Positions 31,123-44,674 of a stretch of DNA of 64,000 bases are shown here, one piece after another. The DNA comes from Psilocybe cubensis (Eukaryota). The stretch's first letter is position 1; the number at the start of each line of letters is the position of its first letter. Location of the stretch: positions 2,294,001 to 2,358,000 of the forward strand of contig CM039003.1 in the NCBI GenBank assembly GCA_017499595.2, written 5' to 3'. The position numbers and the translations under genes are program-made. A model generated the notes under the pieces. It made no database searches. It had not been told where the DNA came from and saw only the letters and a program-made list of their open reading frames with translations.

Positions 31123-33032
31123 TCACCTCCGCCTGTGACTGCGCACCGAACTCTGGAACTTAGACGTCTCTCTCCTGAGTCGTCTGTAAGGAGAATTAAC
31201 ACTATAGCCAGAATATTAATATAAGGACGTATACGCACCTGGTAGCCCGTTCTCTCTCGTTCTCCCTCCTCTCGATTTCCTCAGCAGTCAACTCCTCAAA
31301 AGTCGTCTTGAATTCTTCTGCTTCTGCCCAATCCCTCCATACACTCTTCAACGTTTTGGGTCCACGGCCATCTCTTGGCGCTCGGCCCCACCCAAGACCC
31401 AAACCAGTTTTGTCCTTCATCAACCCAAATCCACTACGATCTCGCTTTTCTCCAGTTGCCGCGGGCTCCTCACCCCTCTCGTCTCTATCTCCACCAATAA
31501 CACCCCACTCGATCGCATCCTTTTTATGTTTCATGAGTTCTTCGTGCACTGCATGTGCAACGAGAGGCACGGCTTCGCCCGTAAGGCCTAATTCTGCACA
31601 TAGTTTGATCGAAAATGCTTCTGGAGTGAGAGGCGATAGTAGATCCCATTCGATGTGGTCCATCAGATGATGGTTTGCTATCTGGACGTCAATCTATTGC
31701 AGGTCGACTGAGTTGAATGCATATTTTAAAGAAATAAAGGCACGCACGCTGAGAATAACACGGCATTCAGGTAGCTGCTCCCCATTTGGCGGTGCGGCAT
31801 CTACATCCAACGCGCCGTCCTGCCCCAGCTCCATTGTCGCGACTCCTTCGTGATCTTCCAGCTGAGCCCGTATCTGAGCAGCGACGGTGTCCGCCCATAC
31901 GGCTGAAGGAATGTCCAAATCGTCGCAGAAAATTTTGGCAAAGTTTTCGGGCTTGATCAGAGTTTCATTTATATTCCAAGTAAAGCAATCTCTTATTCGA
32001 TGGGTTTCTGTTTCGAATTCGACACGGATTGGTACTAGAGATGTCCTATTTCTCGCATGATGTTCCATCACGTCAGGCGGCCTTTCGAGGTGCAAGCAAG
32101 TAAGCCGATGGTCAAGTTTATGACAATTGAAAAACTTACGGATACTCGTGAGCGGTTGGAGGCATCACTCGTGATTTTATAAATCTTGCCGGAGGAACGA
32201 GGCCTAGGTAGCTTTGATCAACTTCAGACTTTTGAAGGCGCGGAGATGCAGCGCCTGCCCGAGGTGTTGATGCTCCTGTTACCGCATTATAAACATTCAT
32301 GGAGACATTGCTGCGATTTCTTGACTGTCTGATAGACGTCCGTGTGCCCCCACTCGCCACAAAGTCTGAGTCATCTGTATCCAGTGCACCAGCATCAGGA
32401 ATGTCGTCTCCCGAGCCTGGATCAGCATAATTGATGACCCCTCCTCGTCTAGTTGCCCTCGTGAGATTGGAAGTCGAGGTTGAAGCGAAGATAGGTTGCA
32501 CAAGCAATGATACACCTGTTCTTAGTCTGGAGGCATATGTGGAATGCAGCGCTTGGACACAAGTTGGAAGAGGAGCGCGGGGCGGATTTGGGACCGCGAC
32601 CGGCATCGCAGGGACGATGGGCGCTGGACGCTGGTACACTGATGATTGTGGATACAAAGGAGGCGCGGTGGTGGCCATGGTAGGACGTGCGTTACGTGTT
32701 CTTGTGCTGCGAGCAGTACTTGTGGGATTTTTAGGCGGGGGAGTGGTTGAAGTCGACCAGTTTTGCAGATTCTTCTGGTATGCTATGAATACAAACGCAA
32801 ATAAGCTTCTTTTCTAATGAAAAAGACAAAAGAATGAACGCGATGACGAACTCTTTGAATGGGCGGCCTGGGGTGCGGGGGATACATAGGCAGCACTTGC
32901 TGCCGTTGATAATTGATTTAAAGTTTGGCGAAACTGGGAATCGGTCATGTTTCGATTTATGTCAAATGCAGTAGTTGCCGCGAAAGTCGTCGCAGGATAC
33001 GGCGAGCCCGATGCCCTCGCATTATCGGTCAT
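31123..33032 (-). CDS. SFH1: RSC chromatin remodelling subunit Sfh1 (SNF5 domain)
   Basis: TYASRLRTG, INYAD, LVPIRVEFE...RIRDCFTWNINE, DHIEWDL...TPEAF...ELGL, EEIERRENERER...RRLRRET. Confidence 0.9.
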
Positions 33033-33338
33033 TATGCTGAACGCTTCCTGGGAGTCTTAAAAAAATCGACTAGAAGATTATTGAAGGGCGAATAAGAAGT
33101 TCAGGGTCGCCTTGAATAAGAAAAAGCGGAAAACAGAGGAGGAGCGTTTATTTCAAAGTCCAAGACAGAGCCGCTTGCACTCAGAAACGCGAGCCGTCAC
33201 ATTTGTGATTACTGTCACATATATTTGCTCCCGCTCAATGTCGCCTGCGACCATCGTTTCTGCATCACTATCAGTCTCATTTTCTACCAACGAGCTAAGC
33301 ATTCTTTGATTTAGCGCTCTTTATTTCATGGCAAGCGG

Positions 33339-35036
33339 ATGCTCGCCCGCCACTCCTTTTTTACACGCTATAATGCTTCTCTGCTCGGAAACCAGGCATT
33401 TACACGCAAATCTTCTACTCTGCTAAAAAGTAGCGTCAATCAACCTATCATAGACCTACTGAACAAACGTATGAACCTGAGCCTTTGAGTTTGCCATTTC
33501 TCTGGCTAACTATATGCGAAGCAGACCGGGAAGTTGAGCAAAACAAGCCGGCATCCAATATTTTCAGAATACAGGCATACGACAACGCTATCCTCGCCAT
33601 CTCGCAACTTCAAATACCAATTCGCTCTGCCAATGATGTTCTTAAAGTGTGACGCATTTTCACAGTCTCATAATAATTTATTGATCTATCCAGGTTCAAG
33701 GCATAGGACCCGGTATTGCTGCTAGAATCAACGAACATTTTCTGAAGGATCAAACTTTGTCAGAAATTGGTGCGTCACACTGTAGACAGCAGAGACTTTG
33801 ATACTTACGATGCGTAGACCCACCACTTTATCAAGAAATGCTGAAAGCTCGTGCTATGAAGGAGATTAGCGCTTTACCTGGAATCGGGTACTTAACAACA
33901 TCTTAATTAGATATCACAATACGCTAACTTCTGGAATTCTAGGTCTGCTACCGCCAAAAAGCTTGTTGAGGCAGGTTGCATGTATCCAGAAGACCTAAAG
34001 CTCCCACAATTCTCGTCTATGTTGAGTTCCAAACAACTTGCCAAAATAAAATATTCCGATTCCTCTACTCCAATTCAACGGCAGGATGCTCAGGATGTCT
34101 TGGTAATTATCCAACTTTTCCTATGGTTCTACTTCTGATCGCCTTTCTCAGAATTTTTGCAGAGATAGCTTGGATTCCCAATACGAATTCACGCTCGTAG
34201 GCGATTAGTATGTGTTCTTCATCTATATCGTGTTGCACCCAATGAATCGATAAAATAGTCGCAGGGGAATTATGACTTTTCCTGAAATTCAGATTATGGT
34301 CACCCATCCACATTTTGTTCACGTTCCACTGCCTACGACCCCACCTCCCGATAGCAATGCATCACCAACCAAAAGACCGCGAAGCAAAACCAAAAAGGTT
34401 GACGAAAATCCAAACCCACTCCATACCTCTATCATTCCTGCCTTGCAACAACGTGGCCTTATCGCAGAAACTTTTACTAGTACCACTAAATCATGGGAAG
34501 GCATCATTCGTTTGCCAGGTCCACAAAGCAATTGGGGATCCATTGCAGACCGTATTGCAGCTATCAACAACACTCAAGGATCGTTCAAGAAAATGAAAAT
34601 CCAGTGAGTGTATAACTGACCTTTTCTGACTTCTGACTTCTTTCTAAAACCTTAATACAGTATCGTTTCTCAAAAGTCTCGAGCTGCCTCGCTCATCTGC
34701 CTTACTGGGGATGGCGATTTCGAAAAAGATATATGCTATCGAGCGCGACACCGAAACATGCTATTTAACGAATATGGTCTCTGGAAATGGACACTATCAC
34801 CTTTGGAAGCGACACCTACACTCATGCCCGCATCTACCTCAGCCCCCACTAGTACCGATTCTAACAGTACTACAAACGACACCCACAGCTTTTGGTCGTT
34901 GGTTAACTGTTCCACAGAGGAAGACATCTTTAAGCAGTTGGGCATGGAGTCCATTGACCCGACTAGAAGAAATTTCTCTTTCATCAACTCGAAACCGCGT
35001 AAAAAACGGACTAGTGTTCCTCCTTCAACATATTGA
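33339..35036 (+). CDS. X-family DNA polymerase (Pol beta-like) homologue, predicted catalytically inactive
   Basis: HhH motifs VQGIGPGIAARINE and LPGIG; palm GDYRRG...THP; LTGD; LFNEYGLW; TEEDIFKQLGM..IDPTRRN. The exons splice without stop codons. Confidence 0.85.
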
Positions 35037-35897
35037 TCGTTATTTTCTTGGTTGGATCCGTCTTTCTATTCCTTTTGTTTTTAAACCTTTGTGTACATTG
35101 TTTATATGCATTGCGGTTTTCGTTTAAAGTACAGTATTTTGTAATCTTATGCTATCCACTTTTTTTTGTTTAGAACTACATATCCTACTTCTTCAGCGCA
35201 ACGCCATGTTTTATAACAAATGAATTATTTTTGCCTCTTCGCCAAGATTCTGTAAAAATAGATGGTATATGTGGCATAATTTGGCGTACTGCTTAGACAT
35301 TGGTACGCTGGTTAATTTCTTTTCGCATTCGTATCAATGACATGCTTTACTAATTTTTTTCAAACTGTTCAACCATTCTGAGCACCAAAAAATCGCGCTG
35401 ACACAGCCTGGATGTCCACGGACTGAAAGAGCCCGCCAAGATTTGGCCAAGATCGCCAATCAAGTACAGTTAATTAAGACTTGGTCAAGACTCAGCTACG
35501 TAAAAAAATGAAGCAGGTCATTTGAAGCTATCTCAAAGCCAGTAGTGATTGAGTATGTGACCTGAATTCAGACATTCGTTGACGTTTACCACTAAAGGCT
35601 TCTGCCGAGCTGCCGCACTTGGGAAGACAATCATGAGAACGATGACCGCACTTTGCACCGATTACTTTGTGGCAAGTACGTATCCTTCAATCCCTCCTTC
35701 CGCCTTGCACTTCCTTTGACGACATCTTCTCGAGATCAATTCTAAACACAGAATATTTGAATCAATCGTAACCAAAAATCTATCCACATTTCCTCAGGTC
35801 ACGGTGCAGCGGCAGTACGCTCACCACACCATCACGGCGAGGCGTTTGCGAAGAAGCGCGCTGCTTGTTATATTCGGGACCCAGGATCAGTCTCGAT

Positions 35898-37280
35898 ATG
35901 TCACAAAACTCTTCACGGGAGACCCACTCAGGGTTGACAAGACGTATACGACAACAGTCCATCCTGAGCAATGACACTGCAACCACCCGACTTGCTCCTA
36001 ATCCTTTTGAAAATATTCCAATCGAGATTTTCAACGAAATCGTAACAATGGTGCTACAACTTGAGGCGCAGTCTTCGCCACTGTTTATTTCACAAGTCTC
36101 AAGGTCATGGAGGGAAGTTGTGCATAATAATCCTTCTATGTGGGATAGCCTTGTGCTTACACACCGACGCCCAGGAGCAAAGGCTCAATTCTGGATGGCG
36201 AGGACTCAAGGAAAGCTCAGGGTCCTCACAGTGCGGTCCGCCGCTGCCACAAAGGCAAGAATTGAAGCTTGGGAGCCAGTCTTACAGCAGCTGCACTGGG
36301 AATCACTACAAGCACTCAGGGTACAAAGATGGTTCGTAGTCGACTATCTCAGGCGCATCGGCAAGGTCGATGCATTGGTCAGCCTCCAAGTTCTTGAACT
36401 TGACCGCACCAATTCTTTTTCCTCATTCCGTTCAATACAAAGCTCATTGGATTCTTCCCTACGGCATCTCACAATTCTTTCTCAGGGTCCATGGTTGGCT
36501 AATACCTCGATTCAAGCTCGAAATCTCACTACTTTGAGCCTCAATCAAGTGTCTGTTCAAGCCGGACATTTCTACGACCTACTTTTGGCCAACCCTCTCC
36601 TCGTACATCTATCCTTGGATAGCGTTTGTTACAATGGTATGCCCAAAAACATAACAATGCATCATTTAAAATCTCTTCGCCTATGCAACTATGCCCACGT
36701 TCCAGTTGACGGGCTTAAACTGCCAGCGCTCGAGGCTTTCCAAGCCGAACGATTTAATGTTACCATGCGCGAGAATAACTTTTTGGCTCGTCTCGCTAGC
36801 GGATACAGCGGTGTACTGCTAACGGTCCTCATCTTTAGTTCATGCCATGCCTATTTCAACGTCCAGGATGTTATCCCCTTTTTACTCTCTTCGCCGAATC
36901 TCAAAAACCTCGAGGTAACGGATACGCCTTCCGGGGGTGTTACATCGTTGATAGAATTCCTATCTGCACCTTACCAACCAAGTATTGTCCAATCCGACCA
37001 TGCTTCTTCATTTCTTGTATGTCCTCAATTGACGTATGTCAATTTTTCTGGGTGCTCAGGAGTACAAACTGGACCCATCATGCGCTTGGTGAAGTCCCGC
37101 CTTACGGTAACCGACCAACACGGCAATAAGTTTGGATGGGATGGACATTCTCCTGCTCCACAAGCCGAGCCAATACTTTCAGTTATAATTGACTTTTGCC
37201 CTCAAATTGACCCCTCATGGGTATCATGGCTGCGTTATCGAGTTCCTAGGGTTAGCTATATACTTGCAGGAGACAATTGA
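35898..37280 (+). CDS. F-box/LRR protein, paralogue of the downstream gene but lacking the TPR domain
   Basis: F-box-like FENIPIEIFNEI...ISQVSRSWREVV..NPSMW, LRR-like repeats and a CPQLTYVNFSGC..VQTGPIMRLVKSR C-terminus shared with the next gene. Confidence 0.8.
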   Translation: MSQNSSRETHSGLTRRIRQQSILSNDTATTRLAPNPFENIPIEIFNEIVTMVLQLEAQSSPLFISQVSRSWREVVHNNPSMWDSLVLTHRRPGAKAQFWMARTQGKLRVLTVRSAAATKARIEAWEPVLQQLHWESLQALRVQRWFVVDYLRRIGKVDALVSLQVLELDRTNSFSSFRSIQSSLDSSLRHLTILSQGPWLANTSIQARNLTTLSLNQVSVQAGHFYDLLLANPLLVHLSLDSVCYNGMPKNITMHHLKSLRLCNYAHVPVDGLKLPALEAFQAERFNVTMRENNFLARLASGYSGVLLTVLIFSSCHAYFNVQDVIPFLLSSPNLKNLEVTDTPSGGVTSLIEFLSAPYQPSIVQSDHASSFLVCPQLTYVNFSGCSGVQTGPIMRLVKSRLTVTDQHGNKFGWDGHSPAPQAEPILSVIIDFCPQIDPSWVSWLRYRVPRVSYILAGDN

Positions 37281-37742
37281 GTCTGCTGATAGTTGCCAAT
37301 GGCACAAGCAATTCTCGATCAAATTGTTCCTATAAGCATGACTTCGCTCGCATATGAACCTATGATATTGAGCATGGAAATCCCACTGGAAGCATGGCCA
37401 ATGTTCAATACAAATGCAGGTTTGTAGGAAGTTTATTGACCGAGTATGCCCTAATGAGTTAGATGTAAAGCGAAACAAAATCAGTGGAACGGGTATAAGA
37501 AAATAAAACTGGTGTGAAACTGTGTAAATCAAGTGGAAATACATTATATGGTATTCACCGATTGTTGACATTGGAATTAGGTTAGAATATCAATCTGGAA
37601 ACGCGTCTCGGACGCGACGCGACCGCGATGGTTTATATTTATTACGCCACGTGATACAAACATAATTCTGGAGACCGTGTTGGCCGATTGTTGAGTCCCT
37701 TCCTTTTATCAACCACCATTGTCCATCTGGAATCATATATAT

Positions 37743-39493
37743 ATGTCCCGCAAGCACTTTCAACTTGGCTTGAGCTACTATAAAAAAGGAGACTATCAGA
37801 ATGCTCTGCAACAATTCACTGAGGTAATGAGTGTGCTTCGTGATGTAATATTCAAGTTGACTGAAAATCACCATGCTCTCAGGCCTTGAAGCATGACGGA
37901 CACAACAAATATCTCATTCTGGATTCTCGCTCAGCTGTTTATCTCAAACTTGAGGACACAAAAGCAGCACTGAAAGATGCGAAAGCAACGATAGAGGCTG
38001 CCCCAGATCGGTGGCAAGGCTATGCACGCGCTGCACGCGTTTTTTTCGAAGCCAAGAAACTAGACGCGTCGCTAACAATGATATCCGGGGCACTTGATAG
38101 ACTGAGGCCAGAAGAGACACAGAGACGCGAGTCTTTACATATTTTACGATGCGAAGTGGAGGCGGCAAAGTTAGAAGTGGAGCGAAGACGTAGGCTTTCG
38201 GAGGACAATATGTTCAAACTTCCTATCGAACTCTTCTCGGAAATCGCGAAGTTGGCCATCCAAGACAATGACACAAGTCCAATCACACTGTCCCATGTCT
38301 CGAAAAACTGGAGGAATGTTGTAGTCCATCTTCCCCAACTTTGGGGCTCTTTGATACTTACACGAAGGCATCCAGCGAAAAAGGCCAAACTGTGGATTAA
38401 ACGGTCAAAAGGAAAAATCAAAGAACTTTCAATCCGAGCGTCTGTCATGGAGGTTCCTCATTGGGCGGGTGATTGTCTCGACACACTGTCTTGGGAATAC
38501 CTTCGCGTTTTCAAGGTTCAACAATGGGACGTGGTTTCTTTTCTGCGTAATATTGACAGACTGGACACATTGACCAATATCGAACATTTTGAATCAGATC
38601 AAGCCTTGTCTATTCATATGTTTCCCTTTGGCAGAGAAGGATTTGTAACCAACTTACGACACCTGATAATCTCTCCTACTTCCTCGTTCAGGATGTCTGA
38701 AACTCGCCCTCTTGCTCTACAGTCCTTGTTTACTTTGTCCCTACACAGCGTCATCGTATCCAACCAAAACTTTCTCGACGTACTTCGAGCAAACCCTCTA
38801 TTAGAGAGTCTAACTTTACAAAACGTGCACTTTGATCCCGTCGTGGTGGACGACCAAAACATGGAGCATCTCCGCCTCAAGCGATTATCATTGAAAGCCA
38901 ATGTACCGGACATAATATTTGAATTCAGGTTCCCAGCATTGGAAGCTATTCGAGTCGAAAATAACCAATCATCAGCGCTAGATCGATTTCTGGGGAGACT
39001 CGCAGACGTTCCCTCGACGTGTTTAATAGACATCGCCCTTTGCTCCTGCCTATGTTCACCGGAACCTCTTGTTTTACTTCTACGCGCATCCCCAAGCCTC
39101 CAGCGCCTGGAGATAAACAATATTTCTCGGTTAGCTTCCCTTGCAATAGAAGCTCTGGCAGAAACCTCTTCCTCCTCCGCAAAGTCCAAGGAGGGCACTA
39201 TTATTACGCACACCTCGATTCCTACCTGCCCGAAACTAACATACATAGATTTTTCAAGGTGTCCTGACGTACATACTGGACCTCTTGTTCGGTTAATCAA
39301 AAGCCATCGCTCAGCAGTTCCGGAATCGATTATAGAAGGTGCTGAGCAACATTCTGGGCCTTGCTCGGAGATAACCTCGTTGCGCATTGATGAATGCCCT
39401 CACGTTGATTCTGCATGGCTGCCTTGGTTGAGGCAAAGAGTCGCCAATGTCAGTTGTGTGTACATGCGGAAAAATGCCAAATTTAGACATTGA
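37743..39493 (+). CDS. TPR + F-box + LRR protein (Dia2/Pof3-like SCF substrate adaptor)
   Basis: N-terminal TPRs (GLSYYKKGDYQNALQQFTEAL...LDSRSAVY...ALKDAK...GYARAA), F-box KLPIELFSEI, LRRs; one intron at about 37824-37882. Confidence 0.85.
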
Positions 39494-40195
39494 TTACATT
39501 GGTGACCTCGTAATTGAAGCAGGTAAAAATTTTGTGCGGCTGTCATATTAAAAAAAATATCTAACTCTTGTTAATGATCTCAACTCAGCATTTTTTCAGG
39601 GTGGAATGCCTGGACTGTTCCCGCCACTTCGATTGAAAGACTTACAGCCAACCATCCATGTCTATGTTCAACCAAAGCCACTTTCCTCTCGTTTGCTTTT
39701 CAAATTTCGAATCTTCTATCCACCAGGCTTAGTGCTCCACTAGTCTGCTGGGGCCAGTGTTCCATCTGTGCCCCAATAGGGCCATCATTGCGGTTGAATA
39801 TTCTAGTAAGCATGTCTTACTCTTAAGCTGGCCAAAGCACATTACGACGTCATTTCAACCTCCGGAGACCTCCATAATCATGTACTCGATGCCTTTGCCT
39901 GCATTACACTACAAATGTTGGCGCCTGTGTATCTGCAGATGCTGGCCTCAAGGTCGGCCTGCATCCCCGAGGGTCCGTCCATGGCACGTTGCTTAGCGAG
40001 TTGCCGTCTCTCTACTCCCTCGCAACCAAATATGCAGCATTTTCTAGTCAATACGGACAATTCATTCTATTATACCCAAATCCCAATTGTTTTTCTTAAT
40101 TCTTAACAAAAGGATAAATAGCGATGTCCTGCTCATGCGCGGCAGAAACAAACCTCCCACACTCCCTGGCAGAAGTGTACACTACTTACAACAAC

Positions 40196-40300
40196 ATGGA
40201 TCAATTCGTCGAATATTCTGCTCAAGAGACAACCCTTATCGCTATCTCTGATGAAGAGAGAAATGGGACGGCCGGCAATGCGTACTGCATCGTTACTTGA
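40196..40300 (+). CDS. lipopeptide pheromone(-like) precursor A, 34 aa
   Basis: MDQFVEYSAQETTLIAISDEERNGTAGNAYCIVT*: MDxF start, ER dipeptide, C-terminal CaaX; TATA-like GATAAATA at 40113. Confidence 0.85.
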   Translation: MDQFVEYSAQETTLIAISDEERNGTAGNAYCIVT

Positions 40301-41553
40301 TCCTTTACATTTCGAACTGTGCACCTCATGAAACATCATTGTAACTGCAAACAAATCGACACGATCCTTTACCCGGCATTCGGTCTTCTCATTACCCCTC
40401 TTTTGCCTTACACTTCGATAGGCCAATGATTGACATCTGGTATATCGATCATGTCTTCGTAAGTTACTCATAATTTTTCTACAATGAATAAGTTTCTTAT
40501 ACCTCCAAACTAAGGTTCGGACATCAGTCCTATATACCATTCTTATATACTGTTTATTTGCTATATCCTTTACCCATATCCGAAATACTTGCCATTATCT
40601 TTCACTCGGCCAGCGCCTATTTAGTTTCATGCCATTCTATTTATAACTTGATTATACGTTGAAATTTGCAGTTTGTCGCACGCACGGTGACTTTATGCCA
40701 TCACAAGGGCTAATTCTTCCTAATCAACTGAATGGTGAAAAAAACTCTCCAAAAGCTTTATAAAAAAATATTGTTGTTTGAAATTGTTATTGCTAGTGGG
40801 CATCTGTGTTGAAAAGCAGTGATGTACGAAGCGCGAGAAGGCTGTATGTATTGGTGTCTCTAATGGCCCTGTCTCGGGTTGTCCAGACCTTGAGGGTCCA
40901 AAGGTGCTAGTAGTGAGCGTTGGGGTAAATACTGGGACAAAGGACACTCCAACAGACGGAGAAACCGTGTTACAAGCACCAACTTAAGGTGTTATTAAAA
41001 AAAATATCAACTGTGATGCCGTGGTTCAATTTTGGAAAATAGTGCTGATGGCACTGAGTCAGCATTGACAGCCGCCGAATGGGTAACGTCATGACCGCTT
41101 AGTATAAACAGTCACTAACCGTCTCTGACTTTGATGCTAACCGTAACTTTTATGACCGTCATCCATGGGCTGACCGCCCACCACTGGCATGATCTGTTGT
41201 TCCAAAGAAGCTCCTTTGAGTAGTAGCCTTGGGAGGAAAAACCAAATTATTAATAGCCACTGGCAGTGTTGGAATCGATCCTCCTATCCGACTCCTATTT
41301 TGAATCACGTTGAGCAGGAACGACAGTGGGAATTCCACCGACAATGTCTACGACCATCATCATCTTTCCATGCGTGAGATAGGCACCCGGCTTCTCTGAA
41401 ACGCTATCACCACATAAACAACTCACAAAAAATACATCACCAAGCGTTGCAGTGGATCACGATTCCTACCATATTGAAGCTTAACGCCCCCAATATTCAA
41501 CACTCATCAAGTCCAACGTCGTAGGCTGTTTCATTTTCGGCATCCTCTACGCG

Positions 41554-42976
41554 ATGGGAGTTCTTGTATCGGTAATCCGTCAAGGATATCCTCCTAAAAG
41601 TCGCTTCTCAGTGGGCGACATTCCAGACTTGTCCGGAAAGGTTATGATTGTAACGGGAGGAAGTGTCGGTAAGCATTGAAGCATTGTCTTTATGTCTATT
41701 TTCAAAGTTCGGTATTGACTCTTAAATTCATAGGAATTGGAAGGGAGACCGTGAAGGTGAGCATTTCAATAGTTCAGCAGCTTCAATAAATTCATCTTAC
41801 ATTTGCGATATCAAAGGCCCTATTGCATCATAACGCAAAAGTGTATATCGCTGCCCGCAATGAGGAAGCTTCTAGGAAAACAATTGAAGAGCTAAAAAAT
41901 GAGACAGACAAAGAGGCCGTCTTTCTCAAGTTAGATTTGGGTGACTTTCAGTCAATCAAGGCGGCGGTGACGGAGTTTCAGAGGTAAACCGAATGGTTAC
42001 CTGTTGATTTGTACTGGGCTGCACGCTAATACGCTATATCCAGCAAGGAATCTAAACTTGACGTGCTCTTCAACAATGCGTATGTTGAAGTTCCCGTTCC
42101 ACATTTCAGACAGAACGGAGACGCTAAACACACGGCGATCATAGGGGCGTAATGGCACCTCCTGTTGACCTTGTCACTGCTCAAGGATATGACCTTCAGT
42201 TTGGAACAAACACGTTAGGTGCGTGCTTTTAGTACTGATGGGCAGATCTTGGTGACCGGATATATCTGACCTGCTGTTGAAACAGGTCATTTCTATTTTA
42301 CCACCCTCCTCCTTCCTCAGCTCTTCGCCGGAGCAAAGTCAAGCCCAGACAACAAAGCAAGGGTCATCAACACTGCATCAGCAGGTGCAGAACTAGCCAG
42401 TGGTATTGACTTTGATACAATCAAAGATGGCCCTAAACGCAAGAAGAAAGGTACTCATAGGCTCTACCTCCAGAGTAAGCTTGTGCGTTTCTTATCCAGT
42501 ATGCAGTATGCTTCTTGAATTGATGATATCTAGGGAAATGTCGTCTTCTCCAATGAGCTGGCTCGAAGGTACGGCGACAAAGGGATCGTATCGGTCGCTC
42601 TTAACCCTGGAAACATCGAATCCAATCTTCAACGTCATCTGGGCTACTGGGATGGCTTACTTGTCGTAAGTGTCGAACTTGATCAGAATTGACAATGCCT
42701 GTTTAATATTTGACATGATATATCTTCAGAAATCAATCTTGTGGCCCCTTCAATACGGTGCATTGACTCAGCTATACGCTGGAACAACTCCTGAAGGTGC
42801 AGAATTAAACGGAAAGGTATGCATCTTTCACACTCAAGTCATGTAGCTTGGTAGATTTATTGGTTTTTTAGTATCTAATTCCTTGGGCACGCATTGGAAA
42901 TAACCTTGCTACAGCCACACCTAAACTTGGAGAAGAACTTTGGAACTTCATGGAGGAGCAAATCAAGGACGTATGA
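41554..42976 (+). CDS. short-chain dehydrogenase/reductase (retinol dehydrogenase-like), multi-exon
   Basis: IPDLSGKVMIVTGGSVGIG, LDVLFNNAGVM, GYDLQFGTNTLGHF, YLQSK (YxxxK), LNPG. Confidence 0.92.
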
Positions 42977-43222
42977 AATTAGCGTGATTAAATATGGTAT
43001 GAAGCAATAGCAGCAATCATCACATCCGATTATATTATTGGAGTCAAGCGAACGAGTGGGTGGGTTGGATATGGTAGAAGAGCAGTTATAGCATGGTAGT
43101 GGTATATTAGATGTTGACTATATTACATGCATTTCCATAGTAAATATTGTGGTGTGCAATCCTCGATCTATCTACTCTAGTAAGGGTGCGGGTACTAATT
43201 AAGAGGTATCAATTTACCGCGT

Positions 43223-44674
43223 TCAAGATTGTATAAGGTGCAATATCGATTTTACGAGAGGCAGGACGATGAGTCTAGTGGGGCTCAAGATAGGAGGGAT
43301 AACTAATCCTCCCCCCAATCCACGTCGGTGCCATGCATTAACTTTGGTGTGACAGTCAGCGAAGGTTATAATGAGCGTTGAAAGAAGACATACTCATAGG
43401 TTGGGCGAGAATGAACATATCAAAGTAGACCCATAGACGACCTGGCCACCCGCCAACCTTTTTGCCAGTGAACCGCCTCCATAACCGTTCAATGATCAAG
43501 ATGGGACCTTGCATGGCAAAGAACAACGTCGGAAAATGATCAAACCCCCTGCCCATAGAGTACATGGCGCATTCGTGGAACAAACCGGATGCAATGAAAG
43601 CACCAAATAACATTCCGACGTTCCCTGCCAGCCACTTACCTGGGTATCCACCGAATACGAGGAATGTTTGCCGCAGCAGCTGATGCCACCTTTTAGCCCA
43701 AAATTCGTGCATGGATTCAGAGATCCATGGGTTTTCCATGACAGGAGGCCAGGAAAGAGGTGATCCGTCCATAAGGCCTACAGCAATGAGAGTGATAAGG
43801 TCGTAGACCATGCCAAACCCAGAAAGTAGTGCTGATCCGGTAAGAAGGTGAATTATTGTAGAAACAGTGTATCGAGCAACTGGTGCGAGTTCTGGATAAA
43901 ACATGCTTCCTCCCAGTGGTTCACCGACGCCAGGAAAAAGCTTCAGTAGAGATTCCAAAAAGTCGAGTACGAGGAAATTTTTGATAAAGGAGTCTAAAGT
44001 TGCCTTGAGGAAAGCCGAGCGCTCGAGCGGACGTGTATGCTTGGGAATATGTACTCCCTGGCCGAATTTCCACTGGAGGCCTCGAAGTGTGTGTGCGACT
44101 TCCATTGCATCGTAGAACCAGGTGGCAACGTATGGATGTCCGGCAGACTCGATTGCGTACCCATTTACAGTTCCATTCAGAGTGTCCTTAGCCTTTCCCT
44201 TCTTGACTCCAGGACGACTTTCGCCAACCTTCAACATTCCCTCTTTATTGAGGGCAAATTCGAGAGATTTAGCAATAGCAACAGCTGCAAATAAACCTAT
44301 GAAAAATTTTCGGTTATTCTAGTTCACAAATAATGTGACTGGGACGAACATTGACCCCAATTATAAACATTGAGTTCAGGTATTGTCCATGTAAACCGGT
44401 ATGCAGCAACAAGTATCGACGTAATGACACTTGGCAGCATGAGGAGACGAATGGTATAGGTGTCAGGTCTCCGTGTTAGATATGCCAGAAAAACAAATGG
44501 TGCATAGCAAAGGACAGGATATACTGCAGTACTCCATTTGATTGGTATTCGGTGCTGTGGTTCTGGCACTATAGTCCGGAACGCTTCAGATGCGCCCCAA
44601 ATAAGCCTGCAACACAATGTCAGAATATATCTGCAGCGAAAGAAATACACATACTGGTGCTTGAGAGAAAGCAT
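43223..44674 (-). CDS. membrane-bound O-acyltransferase (MBOAT_2, wax synthase-like)
   Basis: LRGLQW, WPPVMENPW, EFWAKRWHQLLRQTF, AFIASGLFHE (catalytic His), FFAMQG. Confidence 0.9.

Noticed and set aside
38020-39387. Antisense ORFs of 142 and 257 aa
   Set aside because: Shadows of the TPR/F-box gene.
40124-40195. In-frame upstream ATG extending precursor A to 58 aa
   Set aside because: It lies only a few bases after the TATA-like box, so it is probably not transcribed, and the MDxF start matches the paralogues.
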